From Escherichia phage vB_EcoM_RZ, in the sequence record MW598459: a DNA stretch of 64,000 bases, one strand, 5' to 3'. Under the pieces are notes generated by a model. That model made no database searches, was not told the DNA's origin, and saw nothing but the letters and a program-made list of their open reading frames with translations. The position numbers and the translations under genes are program-made. Positions 50,459 to 59,877 of this stretch are shown here, in pieces (the stretch's first letter is position 1; every line of letters begins with the position of its first letter).

Positions 50459-52018
50459 ATGAAAAAGAATGCATTAGTTCAAAAATGGTCCGCTCTGCTG
50501 GAAAACGAAGCTCTTCCGGAAATCGTTGGTGCTTCTAAACAAGCTATCATCGCTAAAATCTTTGAAAACCAGGAACAAGATATTCTGACCGCTCCTGAAT
50601 ACCGTGACGAAAAAATCTCCGAAGCATTTGGTTCTTTCCTGACCGAAGCTGAAATCGGTGGTGACCATGGTTATGATGCTACCAATATTGCTGCTGGCCA
50701 GACCTCTGGTGCAGTAACTCAGATTGGGCCGGCAGTTATGGGTATGGTTCGTCGTGCTATCCCGCATCTGATTGCGTTTGATATTTGTGGCGTACAGCCT
50801 CTGAACAACCCGACTGGCCAGGTATTTGCACTGCGTGCAGTATACGGTAAAGACCCTGTCGCTGCTGGTGCTAAAGAAGCTTTCCATCCGATGTATGCTC
50901 CGAACGCTATGTTCTCTGGTCAGGGCGCTGCTCAGACTTTTGAAGCACTGGCTGCAAGCAAAGTTCTGGAAGTTGGTAAAATTTATTCTCACTTCTTCGA
51001 AGCAACCGGTTCTGCACACTTCCAGGCTGTTGAAGCTGTAACTGTTGATGCTGCTGCTACCGATGCTGCTAAACTTGACGCTGCTGTTACCGCTCTGGTT
51101 GAAGCTGGTCAGCTGGCTGAACTGGCTGAAGGTATGGCTACCTCCATCGCCGAACTGCAAGAAGGTTTTAACGGTTCCCAGGATAACCCGTGGAACGAAA
51201 TGGGCTTCCGCATCGACAAACAAGTTATCGAAGCTAAATCCCGTCAGCTGAAAGCAAGCTACTCCATCGAACTGGCACAGGACCTCCGCGCTGTTCACGG
51301 TATGGATGCTGATGCCGAATTGAGTGGTATTCTGGCTACCGAAATTATGCTGGAAATCAACCGCGAAGTTATCGATTGGATTAACTACTCCGCACAGGTT
51401 GGTAAATCTGGTATGACCAACACCGTTGGCGCTAAAGCTGGTGTGTTTGACTTCCAGGACCCGATTGATATCCGTGGTGCTCGTTGGGCTGGTGAAAGCT
51501 TCAAAGCTTTACTGTTCCAGATTGATAAAGAAGCCGCTGAAATCGCTCGTCAGACCGGTCGTGGTGCAGGTAACTTCATCATCGCTTCCCGTAACGTAGT
51601 TAACGTGCTGGCTGCTGTTGATACTTCTGTTAGTTATGCTGCTCAGGGTCTGGGTAAAGGTTTCAACGTTGACACCACTAAAGCTGTGTTCGCTGGTGTA
51701 CTTGGTGGTAAATACCGCGTATACATCGACCAGTATGCTCGTGCAGATTACTTCACCATCGGTTACAAAGGCGCTAACGAAATGGATGCTGGTATCTACT
51801 ACGCACCATATGTTGCACTGACCCCGCTGCGTGGTTCTGACCCGAAAAACTTCCAGCCGGTTATGGGCTTCAAAACCCGTTACGGTATCGGTATCAACCC
51901 GTTTGCTGACCCTGCTGCTCAGGCTCCGACCAAGCGCATTCAGAACGGCATGCCGGACATCGTTAACAGCCTTGGCTTGAACGGTTACTTCCGCCGCGTA
52001 TATGTTAAAGGAATTTAA
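50459..52018 (+). CDS. 23: major capsid protein gp23
   Basis: 519 aa; long stretches identical to T4 gp23 (AIIAKIFENQE..GGDHGY..TQIGPAVMGMVRRAIP..). Confidence 0.97.
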   Translation: MKKNALVQKWSALLENEALPEIVGASKQAIIAKIFENQEQDILTAPEYRDEKISEAFGSFLTEAEIGGDHGYDATNIAAGQTSGAVTQIGPAVMGMVRRAIPHLIAFDICGVQPLNNPTGQVFALRAVYGKDPVAAGAKEAFHPMYAPNAMFSGQGAAQTFEALAASKVLEVGKIYSHFFEATGSAHFQAVEAVTVDAAATDAAKLDAAVTALVEAGQLAELAEGMATSIAELQEGFNGSQDNPWNEMGFRIDKQVIEAKSRQLKASYSIELAQDLRAVHGMDADAELSGILATEIMLEINREVIDWINYSAQVGKSGMTNTVGAKAGVFDFQDPIDIRGARWAGESFKALLFQIDKEAAEIARQTGRGAGNFIIASRNVVNVLAAVDTSVSYAAQGLGKGFNVDTTKAVFAGVLGGKYRVYIDQYARADYFTIGYKGANEMDAGIYYAPYVALTPLRGSDPKNFQPVMGFKTRYGIGINPFADPAAQAPTKRIQNGMPDIVNSLGLNGYFRRVYVKGI

Positions 52019-52037
52019 TCCTAGATTAAATTAAATA

Positions 52038-52069
52038 GAAAGGGACCCTTGAGGTCCCTTTCTTGTTTT
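52038..52069. terminator. bidirectional rho-independent terminator (between convergent gene 23 and minus ORF)
   Basis: AGGGACC-CTTGA-GGTCCCT hairpin with T-rich runs on both strands. Confidence 0.6.
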
Positions 52070-52350
52070 CATACCATACCATTTAAATGAACTTCTACCC
52101 GGCGCTTGATAAGGTCTCTGAAGTTAACATTGTTTTCTTGAAGTTTCAACCAGTTACCATTTTTATCTTTAGTGTGAGTAGAATAATTACCATTCCACCA
52201 GAAATCAGTGTCATATGCTAAGTTTTCATATTTTTTAACTAGTTTGTTCAGAGCATTACCATTAACACCATTTGGGTATTTGTTGACCAAGGCAATAACT
52301 TCAATTTCCAGATTTTTAAAGGTGTTCAGAAGGAAAGTTGCTTTGTTCAT
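52069..52350 (-). CDS. hypothetical early protein inserted between genes 23 and 24
   Basis: 93-aa minus-strand ORF with its own early-promoter cassette; occupies the position where T4 carries segD. Confidence 0.5.
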   Translation of the reverse strand: MNKATFLLNTFKNLEIEVIALVNKYPNGVNGNALNKLVKKYENLAYDTDFWWNGNYSTHTKDKNGNWLKLQENNVNFRDLIKRRVEVHLNGMV

Positions 52351-52391
52351 TTTTAAACTCCAGGTTTTGTTTGTTAACTCAGTATGGAATC

Positions 52392-52421
52392 ATTATGTCT
52401 TATCTTAATCTGGTTGTAAAC
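52392..52421 (-). promoter_or_regulatory. T4-type early promoter cassette
   Basis: Minus strand GTTTAC-N18-CATAAT-GATTCCATACTGAGTTAAC; leader near-identical to the 12677 and 13724 copies. Confidence 0.5.
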
Positions 52422-52427
52422 AACTTT

Positions 52428-52435
52428 TATAAATA
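52428..52435 (+). promoter_or_regulatory. late promoter TATAAATA for gene 24
   Basis: Exact TATAAATA 26 nt upstream of gp24 ATG; back-to-back with the minus-strand early promoter. Confidence 0.55.
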
Positions 52436-52460
52436 AAGTATATCACAAAAGGAAATAGCA

Positions 52461-53741
52461 ATGGCTAAAATTAACGAACTCTTAAAAGAGTCGACCACGA
52501 CCACAAGTTCTTCGATTGGTCGACCGAATCTAGTAGCTTTAACCAGAGCTACGACTAAACTGATTTACACCGATTTAGTAGCACAACAGCGCACATCCCA
52601 GCCACTGGCGGCATTATACGGTCTTAAATACCTGACTCAGCAAGATGAATTATCTTTCCAGACTGGTGCAACCTATTCCGGTGCAGTATCAGCAAAAGAC
52701 CGTGCGACCATTCCGGTTTTTGTTGCTGGCACAGTTTATGCTAAAGACGATTTGTTCCAGTTTGAAAATGTAGTTTATAAAGCGCTGGTAGCAACTCCAT
52801 TTGCTGGAGCAACGGGCGATGAGTATGACCAGCTTCAAGAAGCGATGGTTAAATTGACCATCCGTATTATGTCCGAAGCTGCAATCACCGAACGTTTTGA
52901 AGGACCACAGGAAGTCGAAATTGCCGAAGCTAAATTTTTGGTTAACAAATGGAATGCTCCGGTTAAATCTCGTAAGCTGAAAAGCACTGTTACAGTGGAA
53001 CTGGCCCAGGACCTGGAAGCAAATGGTTTTGACGCTCCAAACTTCCTGGAAGACCTGTTAGCTACCGAAATGGCTGATGAAATTAACAAAGATATCCTGC
53101 AATCCCTGGTAACAGTTTCCAAGCGTTATAAAGTTGCTGGGCTCTGTGATGATGGCCTGATTGACCTGTCTTATACTAACTCTCCGGAAGCTTCACGCAA
53201 GTTGTACGAAATCATGTGTGAGATGGTCTCCCATATTCAGCGGGCAACTTCTTACACCGCAACATACGTTGTTGCTTCTACGCGTGTAGCTGCAGTTTTG
53301 GCTGGTTCTGGTTGGTTGAAGCATCGTCCACAAGATGAGAAATATCTCTCCGATAATGCGTATGGTTTCTTGGATAATGGTCTACCGCTTTATTGCGATA
53401 CGAACACTCCATTTGATTATGTGACTGTTGGTGTTAAAGAAGATTTCGGTGGGAAAGAGATGGTGGGTTCACTGTTTTATGCACCTTATACCGAAGGTCT
53501 TGACCTGGAAGACCCTGAACATGTTGGTTCGTTCAAAGTTGTCGTTGACCCAGAAAGTTTGCAGCCGTCTATTGCATTAATGGTTCGTTATGCGTTAGCA
53601 GCTAACCCTTATACAGTGACTGCTGATGATAAACAAGCTCGTATTATTGATGCAACAAATATGGATTTGATGGCAGGACGTTCAGATATGTCTGTACTGC
53701 TTGGTGTGAAACTTCCTAAAGTTCTGACTGAAATAAATTAA
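52461..53741 (+). CDS. 24: head vertex protein gp24
   Basis: 426 aa (T4 gp24 427 aa); gp23-like fold motifs. Confidence 0.9.
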   Translation: MAKINELLKESTTTTSSSIGRPNLVALTRATTKLIYTDLVAQQRTSQPLAALYGLKYLTQQDELSFQTGATYSGAVSAKDRATIPVFVAGTVYAKDDLFQFENVVYKALVATPFAGATGDEYDQLQEAMVKLTIRIMSEAAITERFEGPQEVEIAEAKFLVNKWNAPVKSRKLKSTVTVELAQDLEANGFDAPNFLEDLLATEMADEINKDILQSLVTVSKRYKVAGLCDDGLIDLSYTNSPEASRKLYEIMCEMVSHIQRATSYTATYVVASTRVAAVLAGSGWLKHRPQDEKYLSDNAYGFLDNGLPLYCDTNTPFDYVTVGVKEDFGGKEMVGSLFYAPYTEGLDLEDPEHVGSFKVVVDPESLQPSIALMVRYALAANPYTVTADDKQARIIDATNMDLMAGRSDMSVLLGVKLPKVLTEIN

Positions 53742-53770
53742 AAAGGGACCTTCGGGTCCCTTTATTTTTA
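53741..53770. terminator. bidirectional rho-independent terminator between gene 24 and rnlB
   Basis: GGGACCTTCGGGTCCC hairpin flanked by A-run and T-run. Confidence 0.65.
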
Positions 53771-54775
53771 TTCACTAACTAATGCAATCCAAACATGTCT
53801 TAATGTTTCTCTTACATTTGCGATGAGTTGCTTTTTAACTTCAACAGGATTTTCCGTCAGGGACAATTCAAGACCTTCGCGCCCCGCTTCTTCCAGAATA
53901 TCTTGGACTGTTAACCCCATTACTTTTCCAAAATCCTTCGGTGTTACTTCCCCAATTTTACTGATAACATTGTTGATACGGTTAACAGTCACATAATCAG
54001 TGAAATTCCACAGTAAATCCATATCATTTTGGCTCAGAACCACTGCAGCCTTAATAGGCTTATCAGACTTTTTCTTTTCACTGAATTTAGAGTTCTTACA
54101 TTTAATCGCTACACGCTCGCCGTTAGGTAACCATGCAGGAACATCAGGTTTTAATACAAATCCTTCAGCAGTGAATACTTTACCTTCCACCTTTGCATCA
54201 AAATCAGTGGTATTTGCTGTAGTCAAACCTGCGTTATCCACTGTAAAATTGTAATCAGGGACAACAGAATCCAGGTCATTAGGGAGCTTAATTAATTCTT
54301 CAAAACTACCTGTAGCCAGGCGCGGCGCAACCTTAAACTTATGGATAATACAGAATGCTTCCATCAGGGTGTCAGTCAGGACGGATTCAAAACCATCTTC
54401 TTTAGTAACGCGGATATCAAATACATAAAAATCTTTATCACCGTAATCCACATTCTTCTGGATACCTGCCCCGGCAAACTCACCATAAATCTGGTATGCC
54501 TGGTAATTAATATCCTGCAAAAGTTTCTGCACAGATTTAATAGAATCTGCATAGTTCTTTAATACAATTTCATAACCATAGAAATCTTCTGCAGGCAGGA
54601 TAGGTCCAGTGCGTTTCGCACATGTTACATTGTCTTGTTCAATGATTAATGAAAAGTTGGTACCATGAATCTTCTCGCGAGCTACCCATTCACCGCTGGT
54701 GAAGCCTTGCAGGCGAATCTTTTCAATGAACTTGTTGTTATAGTGATTTTCAAGGCTGTTGTATTTCTTAAACAT
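53768..54775 (-). CDS. rnlB: RNA ligase 2
   Basis: 335 aa; nucleotidyltransferase motif I REKIHGTN; position after gene 24 as T4 rnlB (24.1). Confidence 0.85.
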   Translation of the reverse strand: MFKKYNSLENHYNNKFIEKIRLQGFTSGEWVAREKIHGTNFSLIIEQDNVTCAKRTGPILPAEDFYGYEIVLKNYADSIKSVQKLLQDINYQAYQIYGEFAGAGIQKNVDYGDKDFYVFDIRVTKEDGFESVLTDTLMEAFCIIHKFKVAPRLATGSFEELIKLPNDLDSVVPDYNFTVDNAGLTTANTTDFDAKVEGKVFTAEGFVLKPDVPAWLPNGERVAIKCKNSKFSEKKKSDKPIKAAVVLSQNDMDLLWNFTDYVTVNRINNVISKIGEVTPKDFGKVMGLTVQDILEEAGREGLELSLTENPVEVKKQLIANVRETLRHVWIALVSE

Positions 54776-54873
54776 AATCTCTCACTTTTGATGTTATAAA
54801 TATCATTATAAATTAGACCCACTATACTTTCTTTCTCTGAAAGGAATTAATAGTCGCAAAGGGGTCTAGAACC

Positions 54874-54901
54874 ATTATACCACAATTTTATTTGAAGCAA
54901 A
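54874..54901 (-). promoter_or_regulatory. T4 middle (MotA) promoter for rnlB
   Basis: Minus strand TTTGCTTCA - 13 bp - TATAAT - GGTTCTAGACCCC. Confidence 0.55.
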
Positions 54902-54905
54902 AAGG

Positions 54906-55169
54906 TCAGAATTTTACATACAGCATTGGCTTGGCTTCTTGCCAATCATAATTCCAGGTAAATGATGTAAATTTTTCTGCTCGCAGAAATTCAGATATCT
55001 TTGCGCGGTTTCCTTCTTCATACTCTTTTTCAGAAACTGCCATATTAACAGCATCTTTGCCATTTTCAGCGGCGGCAATAGCCACTTTGCGGAATATAGC
55101 AATAAAGTCATTTGCAACTTTATCTTGTGACTCTTTGGCCATTTGACGTAGTTCTTCTGCGAATGTCAT
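54906..55169 (-). CDS. hypothetical protein (24.2/24.3 position)
   Basis: 87-aa ORF between hoc-like gene and rnlB. Confidence 0.45.
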   Translation of the reverse strand: MTFAEELRQMAKESQDKVANDFIAIFRKVAIAAAENGKDAVNMAVSEKEYEEGNRAKISEFLRAEKFTSFTWNYDWQEAKPMLYVKF

Positions 55170-55369
55170 TTCTTCACCTTTTTGTTATTCAAACGTTTAC
55201 GATAAACAATCTTTTCTTTCGCTTTAAATTTAGCTTTAGCTTGTTCTACATCAACCCAGGCCTTTGCCATCTCTTTAGCAGTCCCGCCTAATACCTTGGC
55301 AATTTCAATAAATGTCATACCAGATTCATGCAGAAAATGTACTTTAACCTTATCCATAATGATTCTCAT
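55166..55369 (-). CDS. small basic protein with helix-turn-helix-like segment
   Basis: 67 aa; MTFIEIAKVLGGTAKEMAKAW resembles an HTH; lysine-rich C-terminus. Confidence 0.4.
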   Translation of the reverse strand: MRIIMDKVKVHFLHESGMTFIEIAKVLGGTAKEMAKAWVDVEQAKAKFKAKEKIVYRKRLNNKKVKK

Positions 55370-55454
55370 GTTGAGTTAGTGAAGCTATCTTAACATGGAA
55401 TTTTTAACTTGTAAACAGGGTTTTTATGCCAGGCAACGTTTGTACAGTACCATA

Positions 55455-55483
55455 AAAACAAAGGGACCCGAAGGTCCCTTTTT
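55455..55483. terminator. bidirectional rho-independent terminator
   Basis: GGGACCCGAAGGTCCC hairpin flanked by A-rich and T-rich runs. Confidence 0.6.
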
Positions 55484-55485
55484 AA

Positions 55486-56334
55486 TTAATAAACGTAATC
55501 GTATATAATACCAGCTTCTAAAGCGGTGCGATGAATAATTCGACCATTACGAGATTCTTGTACATCAACCTCTGGATAGTCGGTAATCATTTTTTGAAGG
55601 GTATATCGGTGCAAATAATACGGGCTATCTGGAGCATCAGTTTTCCAGTCTTGCCCAGCAAGAGTCATTTTCTGAATTTCGTCCATAACCCACCAACCAC
55701 ACCAGATATAAGCTGAATTACGAACTGGCAGCGGATGAACGTAAGGTAGTTCGCCCTCTGGTTCAGGAGCTACTTTAGCCGTGACTGTTACATTACCAGT
55801 TTTTGTAACGGTTACAGGGTTATAATCAGTAGCAGATACAACAACAGAAACTTCAATTACCTGGGAACCTTCGGTGCTTGTATCGATTGCTAGAGTATCC
55901 GTGGTGTCAACTACAGGAGAACCGTCTTTCTTCCATGAATAGGCAAAAGTAGCACCAGCAGGCGCGCCAACTACATCTGCTTTAAATGAAGCTAGGGTGT
56001 CTTCCGGAACATTAATCGAAGCTGGAGTTAATGTCACAGAAACACCAGACATTGTTTTATTCTGGATAGTTAAAGTTGTTTCGGCTTCAGCTGTTTCTGG
56101 TTCGCCGTCCGCTGGTGTAGTTGTTGCAACAACTTTAATAGTCTTACTGTCTGCTGGACCAACAGCAACATAATCCATTGCAGCAGTCACAGAAGATTGA
56201 GGAACGCCATCAACGGTCCAGACAAATGATTCGGTACCTTCAGCTGCAGCACCGGAACCGGTCGCAGTGAAATTGGTTGTTGCTCCAATAACGGCCGTAG
56301 CCGTCAAAGGAGCAATAGTTACGGTATAAGCCAT
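55486..56334 (-). CDS. hoc: Hoc-like head outer capsid protein (Ig-like domains)
   Basis: 282 aa; T/V/A-rich beta-strand repeats typical of Ig-like domains and a Trp-rich C-terminal domain; position as T4 hoc. Confidence 0.55.
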   Translation of the reverse strand: MAYTVTIAPLTATAVIGATTNFTATGSGAAAEGTESFVWTVDGVPQSSVTAAMDYVAVGPADSKTIKVVATTTPADGEPETAEAETTLTIQNKTMSGVSVTLTPASINVPEDTLASFKADVVGAPAGATFAYSWKKDGSPVVDTTDTLAIDTSTEGSQVIEVSVVVSATDYNPVTVTKTGNVTVTAKVAPEPEGELPYVHPLPVRNSAYIWCGWWVMDEIQKMTLAGQDWKTDAPDSPYYLHRYTLQKMITDYPEVDVQESRNGRIIHRTALEAGIIYDYVY

Positions 56335-56343
56335 AATAAACCC

Positions 56344-57009
56344 TTATTTTAAAGTGACAAAAGATGAGTTACGAGTTTCTCGTACTAGAACAGACCCATT
56401 ACGATTGATGTAATAAATCAAACTGAATAGAGTTTGGTGTGCGGTGGGATGTGGGAAAGCAGTTGGACGTTCTTTCCAATCTGGAGTCTCGGCAATCCAC
56501 TGATAAATCCACCATGGAACAGTGCAGAATCCAGGGTTCTTACCAATAAGCATTAAATTCGGGCTAAAGTTTTTTGGCAGAGCAAATACGGGTTTTTCAG
56601 ATTCGATAACCTTAGCAACAGCAGCTTCGAACCTTTCTTCGACAAAAGGAATATCTTCTTCAACCACAACAACTGGTTCTTCGATTTCAACAACTTCAAC
56701 CTTTGCTTCGGTTGGAGCATCAAATAAGAGTTTAGCTTCTTCTTTAGCTGACTCATCGCCATCAAATTTAGCACCTGACAATTCATCATCGGCATCGATA
56801 AGGTCAGTGATGCTCAGGCCTTCATTATCATCAGGCATAGGCATGTCAGCAAATGCTTTAAGTCCTGCTTCCAGGTCAGCCAACATATTATCAAAGGTTT
56901 TTGTTTTCTTAACATCAACACCAAGTGATGCTGCATATTCGGCTAATTTTTCTTTGGCTTCTTTTTTCTCGAGGACACGAATTTCCTCAATGTAGTTCTT
57001 GTCAATCAT
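56344..57009 (-). CDS. inh: Inh-like protein (prohead protease inhibitor position)
   Basis: 221 aa acidic protein (T4 Inh 226 aa) located between hoc and uvsW as in T4; by position and size only. Confidence 0.45.
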   Translation of the reverse strand: MIDKNYIEEIRVLEKKEAKEKLAEYAASLGVDVKKTKTFDNMLADLEAGLKAFADMPMPDDNEGLSITDLIDADDELSGAKFDGDESAKEEAKLLFDAPTEAKVEVVEIEEPVVVVEEDIPFVEERFEAAVAKVIESEKPVFALPKNFSPNLMLIGKNPGFCTVPWWIYQWIAETPDWKERPTAFPHPTAHQTLFSLIYYINRNGSVLVRETRNSSFVTLK

Positions 57010-57027
57010 GATGAACCTCGGTTAGTG

Positions 57028-57035
57028 TATAAATA
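57028..57035 (+). promoter_or_regulatory. late promoter TATAAATA for uvsW
   Basis: Exact TATAAATA about 28 nt upstream of uvsW ATG. Confidence 0.55.
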
Positions 57036-57063
57036 TAGATATATTTATTACCTTGGAATCATC

Positions 57064-58563
57064 ATGGATATTAAAATCAACTTTCTAAATTTTAGTCACG
57101 TGCATGTTGAATGTGAAGATGGAATCTTCTACGAACTCCGTGATTACTTCAGCTTCGAAGCTGAAAACTATCGCTTCAATCCAAAGTTCAAGCAGGGAGT
57201 TTGGGACGGACGAATCCGCCTCCTGGATTACAACCGTAAATTACCATACGGTTTGGTTAATCAAATTAAAAAGTTCGCTGACCAGTTTGGCTATTCATTC
57301 TGGATTGACCCACAAATCACCGAGAAAGAAGAAATCTCTCGCGAAGAATTCAACAAATGGGTCGAGTCAAAAGAAATCTATTCAGGCAATACCAAGATAA
57401 CGCCCCATTGGTATCAATCTGACGCCGTATATGATGGTCTGGTCAACAGAAGAAAGATTCTGAACTTACCTACGTCTGCAGGTAAAAGCCTCATCCAGGC
57501 GCTTCTGGCGCGATATTATCTCGAGAACTATGAAGGCAAGGTGCTTATCCTTGTTCCTACAACTGCGCTTGTTGACCAGATGATTAATGACTTTGTTGAT
57601 TATCGGCTTTTCCCTCGTGCAGCTTGTCTGGGTATTCGTTCTGGGACTAAACGCGATTCTGATGCGATGATTTATGTATCGACTTATCAGACGGCTGTAA
57701 AACAACCTAAAGAATGGTTTGAACAGTTTGGCCAGTTTATGAATGACGAATGCCACATGGCTACAGGTAAATCGATTTCGACGGTTATCGAAGGCCTTAC
57801 GAATTGCATGTTTAAATTTGGTCTGTCAGGTTCACTCCGTGATGGCAAAGCCAACCTTATGCAATATATGGGTCTGTTTGGTGATATCTTTAAACCAGTA
57901 TCAACATCTAAATTAATGGAAGATGGCCAGGTTACTGACCTTAAAATAAATAGTATTTTCCTTCGTTACCCTGATGAATTCACCGTTAAAATGAAAGGTA
58001 AAACTTATCAGGATGAAATCAAGGTAATTACAAAAGCTACACGCAGAAATAAATGGGTAACAAACCTTGCCCTCAAGCTTTCTAAAAAAGATGAAAACGT
58101 CTTTTTGATGTTTAAGAATATCGAGCACGGTAAATCGATGTTTGAAATGATTAAGGAAGCTGGTCATGAAAAAGTGTATTATGTTTCTGGGGAAGTCGAT
58201 ACCGAAACTCGTAATGCTCTGAAGGTCATGGCAGAGAATGGAAAGGGAATTATTGTTGTAGCTTCATATGGTGTATTCTCGACGGGGATTTCCGTTAAAA
58301 ACCTCCATCATATTATTTTCGCTCACCCAGTCAAGTCAAAGGTAATTGTACTCCAGACAATTGGTCGTGTGCTTCGAAAACATGAATCCAAATCGACCGC
58401 AAACGTGTGGGACATTGTGGATGATATGGGGGTCAAACCCAAATCAGCAAACGCTAAAAAGAAATATGTTCATATTAACTTTGCGCTTAAACATGCACTA
58501 GAACGTATTCAGCGGTATGCAGACGAAAAATTCAATTATGTAATTAAACAGGTGGAAATATAA
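57064..58563 (+). CDS. uvsW: UvsW RNA-DNA/DNA-DNA helicase
   Basis: Start at MDIKINF as in T4 UvsW; helicase motifs LPTSAGKS and DECH (MNDECHMATG). Confidence 0.9.
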   Translation: MDIKINFLNFSHVHVECEDGIFYELRDYFSFEAENYRFNPKFKQGVWDGRIRLLDYNRKLPYGLVNQIKKFADQFGYSFWIDPQITEKEEISREEFNKWVESKEIYSGNTKITPHWYQSDAVYDGLVNRRKILNLPTSAGKSLIQALLARYYLENYEGKVLILVPTTALVDQMINDFVDYRLFPRAACLGIRSGTKRDSDAMIYVSTYQTAVKQPKEWFEQFGQFMNDECHMATGKSISTVIEGLTNCMFKFGLSGSLRDGKANLMQYMGLFGDIFKPVSTSKLMEDGQVTDLKINSIFLRYPDEFTVKMKGKTYQDEIKVITKATRRNKWVTNLALKLSKKDENVFLMFKNIEHGKSMFEMIKEAGHEKVYYVSGEVDTETRNALKVMAENGKGIIVVASYGVFSTGISVKNLHHIIFAHPVKSKVIVLQTIGRVLRKHESKSTANVWDIVDDMGVKPKSANAKKKYVHINFALKHALERIQRYADEKFNYVIKQVEI

Positions 58564-58790
58564 TGAAATCCTTCGAAGAAATTATGTACGAAGCATCAAT
58601 TGAAGGCTTTATGGCTAAGATTGGTTCCTGTCAGACCATGGACGGTCTGAAGGAGTTGGAAGGCTATTATAAGAAACGCAGCAAAGAAGCTGAACTGAAA
58701 GATTCCGATGATATCAGTGTTCGCGATGCTCTTGCCGGTAAACGCGCCGAGCTTGAGGATATGGACGACGAAGAAGACGAAGATTTCTAA
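58563..58790 (+). CDS. uvsW.1: UvsW.1 small acidic protein
   Basis: 75 aa (T4 UvsW.1 76 aa), overlapping uvsW stop. Confidence 0.6.
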   Translation: MKSFEEIMYEASIEGFMAKIGSCQTMDGLKELEGYYKKRSKEAELKDSDDISVRDALAGKRAELEDMDDEEDEDF

Positions 58791-58791
58791 A

Positions 58792-58820
58792 TAAAAAGGC
58801 CCCAACCAAAAGGAAGGGGC
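58792..58820 (-). terminator. rho-independent terminator for leftward uvsY operon
   Basis: GCCCC-loop-GGGGC hairpin followed on the minus strand by TTTTTT. Confidence 0.55.
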
Positions 58821-58839
58821 AAAACCAAAAATGGTTAAC

Positions 58840-59015
58840 AACACTAGCTAAATTAAAAGTTGGGTCTCGTTCAGTTGCTCTTCTGTATTTTCCGTAACTG
58901 GCAAACTCTGAACATAATTATAACAGGCGCCCGGATGCACCGGACCTTGGTCTGTATCCACAACCAATGCAGAATCGATTGGAGTTTTACAGACAACACA
59001 AATCTTATCTGACAT
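58840..59015 (-). CDS. small Cys-containing ORF (uvsY.-2 position)
   Basis: 58-aa ORF (below track cutoff) read manually: MSDKICVVCKTPIDS..; between uvsY.-1 and terminator. Confidence 0.35.
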
Positions 59016-59154
59016 GATTGTCTCCTCAGTTAAACTTACATATCTATTTAGTGCTCTTCATAATAGCAGCACGAGCTTTCATCTCATTAACAATTTCGGT
59101 TATTCGGTTTGCAGAGATAACCATCTCGTCGAGAATCTTACTAATATTTTTCAT

Positions 59155-59388
59155 TTAATTTTCCTTAAAGTATCTCATACCGGTATCTATTCCCATATTG
59201 TGAGAATAGAACGCATCATCGATGTATCCTGCAAATTTACCTTTAACATAGATAACATCTTCACCACAAGGGTGGTCAGCGCAGATACGAATATCTGCAC
59301 GATTCAATTTCCATTCCTTCATCATATACTTAATTTCTTCTTCGAACTCTTCGTCTTGGTTAAACGCATCGTCGATAGAATATCGCAT
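59155..59388 (-). CDS. uvsY.-1: UvsY.-1-like protein
   Basis: 77 aa (T4 UvsY.-1 76 aa), immediately downstream of uvsY. Confidence 0.55.
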   Translation of the reverse strand: MRYSIDDAFNQDEEFEEEIKYMMKEWKLNRADIRICADHPCGEDVIYVKGKFAGYIDDAFYSHNMGIDTGMRYFKEN

Positions 59389-59822
59389 TACTTGCCCGCC
59401 TCAAATTGTCTTATTTCTAACATATGTTTAAGTGCGAAACTTCGTGACTTAACACCATCTAATGCAGCGCTACAGAAGTCCTGGAGCAGTGTCCAATACT
59501 GAATTGACGTATCAATCTTCAGTACGCTTGAATCTGCGGCCATGACTGTTTTCAATTCTGACTTCTCGTACACATCCATGCATACTTCTTCCCCTGGGTC
59601 ACCCCTTCCTGTATAATGGTCTAGTCGTTTTTTCAGTGCAGTTTTCTTCTGAATCTCAAGACGCATTATTTCTTTCTTGCAGTTGGTATACAATCTCAAC
59701 CATTTGCTATGCAACAAAACGTTGTTTTGTGTTTCATATTGAAGTTGTGTACCATCAATTTTTAAATCTGCATCTAACTCATCCTGAAAGACTTCTAACT
59801 TATATTCAATCTCTGTTTTCAT
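59388..59822 (-). CDS. uvsY: UvsY recombination mediator
   Basis: Start at MKTEIEYKLE; LQYETQNNVLLHSKWL, LDHYTGRGD, LKIDTSIQYW, KHMLEIRQFEAGK match T4 UvsY. Confidence 0.9.
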   Translation of the reverse strand: MKTEIEYKLEVFQDELDADLKIDGTQLQYETQNNVLLHSKWLRLYTNCKKEIMRLEIQKKTALKKRLDHYTGRGDPGEEVCMDVYEKSELKTVMAADSSVLKIDTSIQYWTLLQDFCSAALDGVKSRSFALKHMLEIRQFEAGK

Positions 59823-59850
59823 AATGTATCCAATGTAAGGGTCTAGAACC

Positions 59851-59877
59851 ATTATACAGCCATAAAATTAAAGCATT
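59851..59877 (-). promoter_or_regulatory. T4 middle (MotA) promoter for uvsY
   Basis: Minus strand AATGCTTTA - 12 bp - TATAAT - GGTTCTAGACCC; box overlaps gp25 stop. Confidence 0.6.

Noticed and set aside
50474-51298. 274-aa minus-strand ORF
   Set aside because: Antisense within major capsid gene 23, whose sense frame matches T4 gp23 almost residue for residue.
54794-54804. Plus-strand TATAAATA-like sequences beside the rnlB start
   Set aside because: No plus-strand gene follows for over 2 kb; probably a chance match in AT-rich DNA, so not called a promoter.
56522-56995. 157-aa plus-strand Ser-rich ORF
   Set aside because: Antisense to the inh-like gene; Ser/Ala low-complexity translation of an acidic gene's complement.
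59823-59852. N-terminal extension of uvsY (MVLDPYIGYI...)
   Set aside because: The upstream ATG is the ATG inside the TATAATGG promoter -10/start region; T4 UvsY alignment supports the downstream start.
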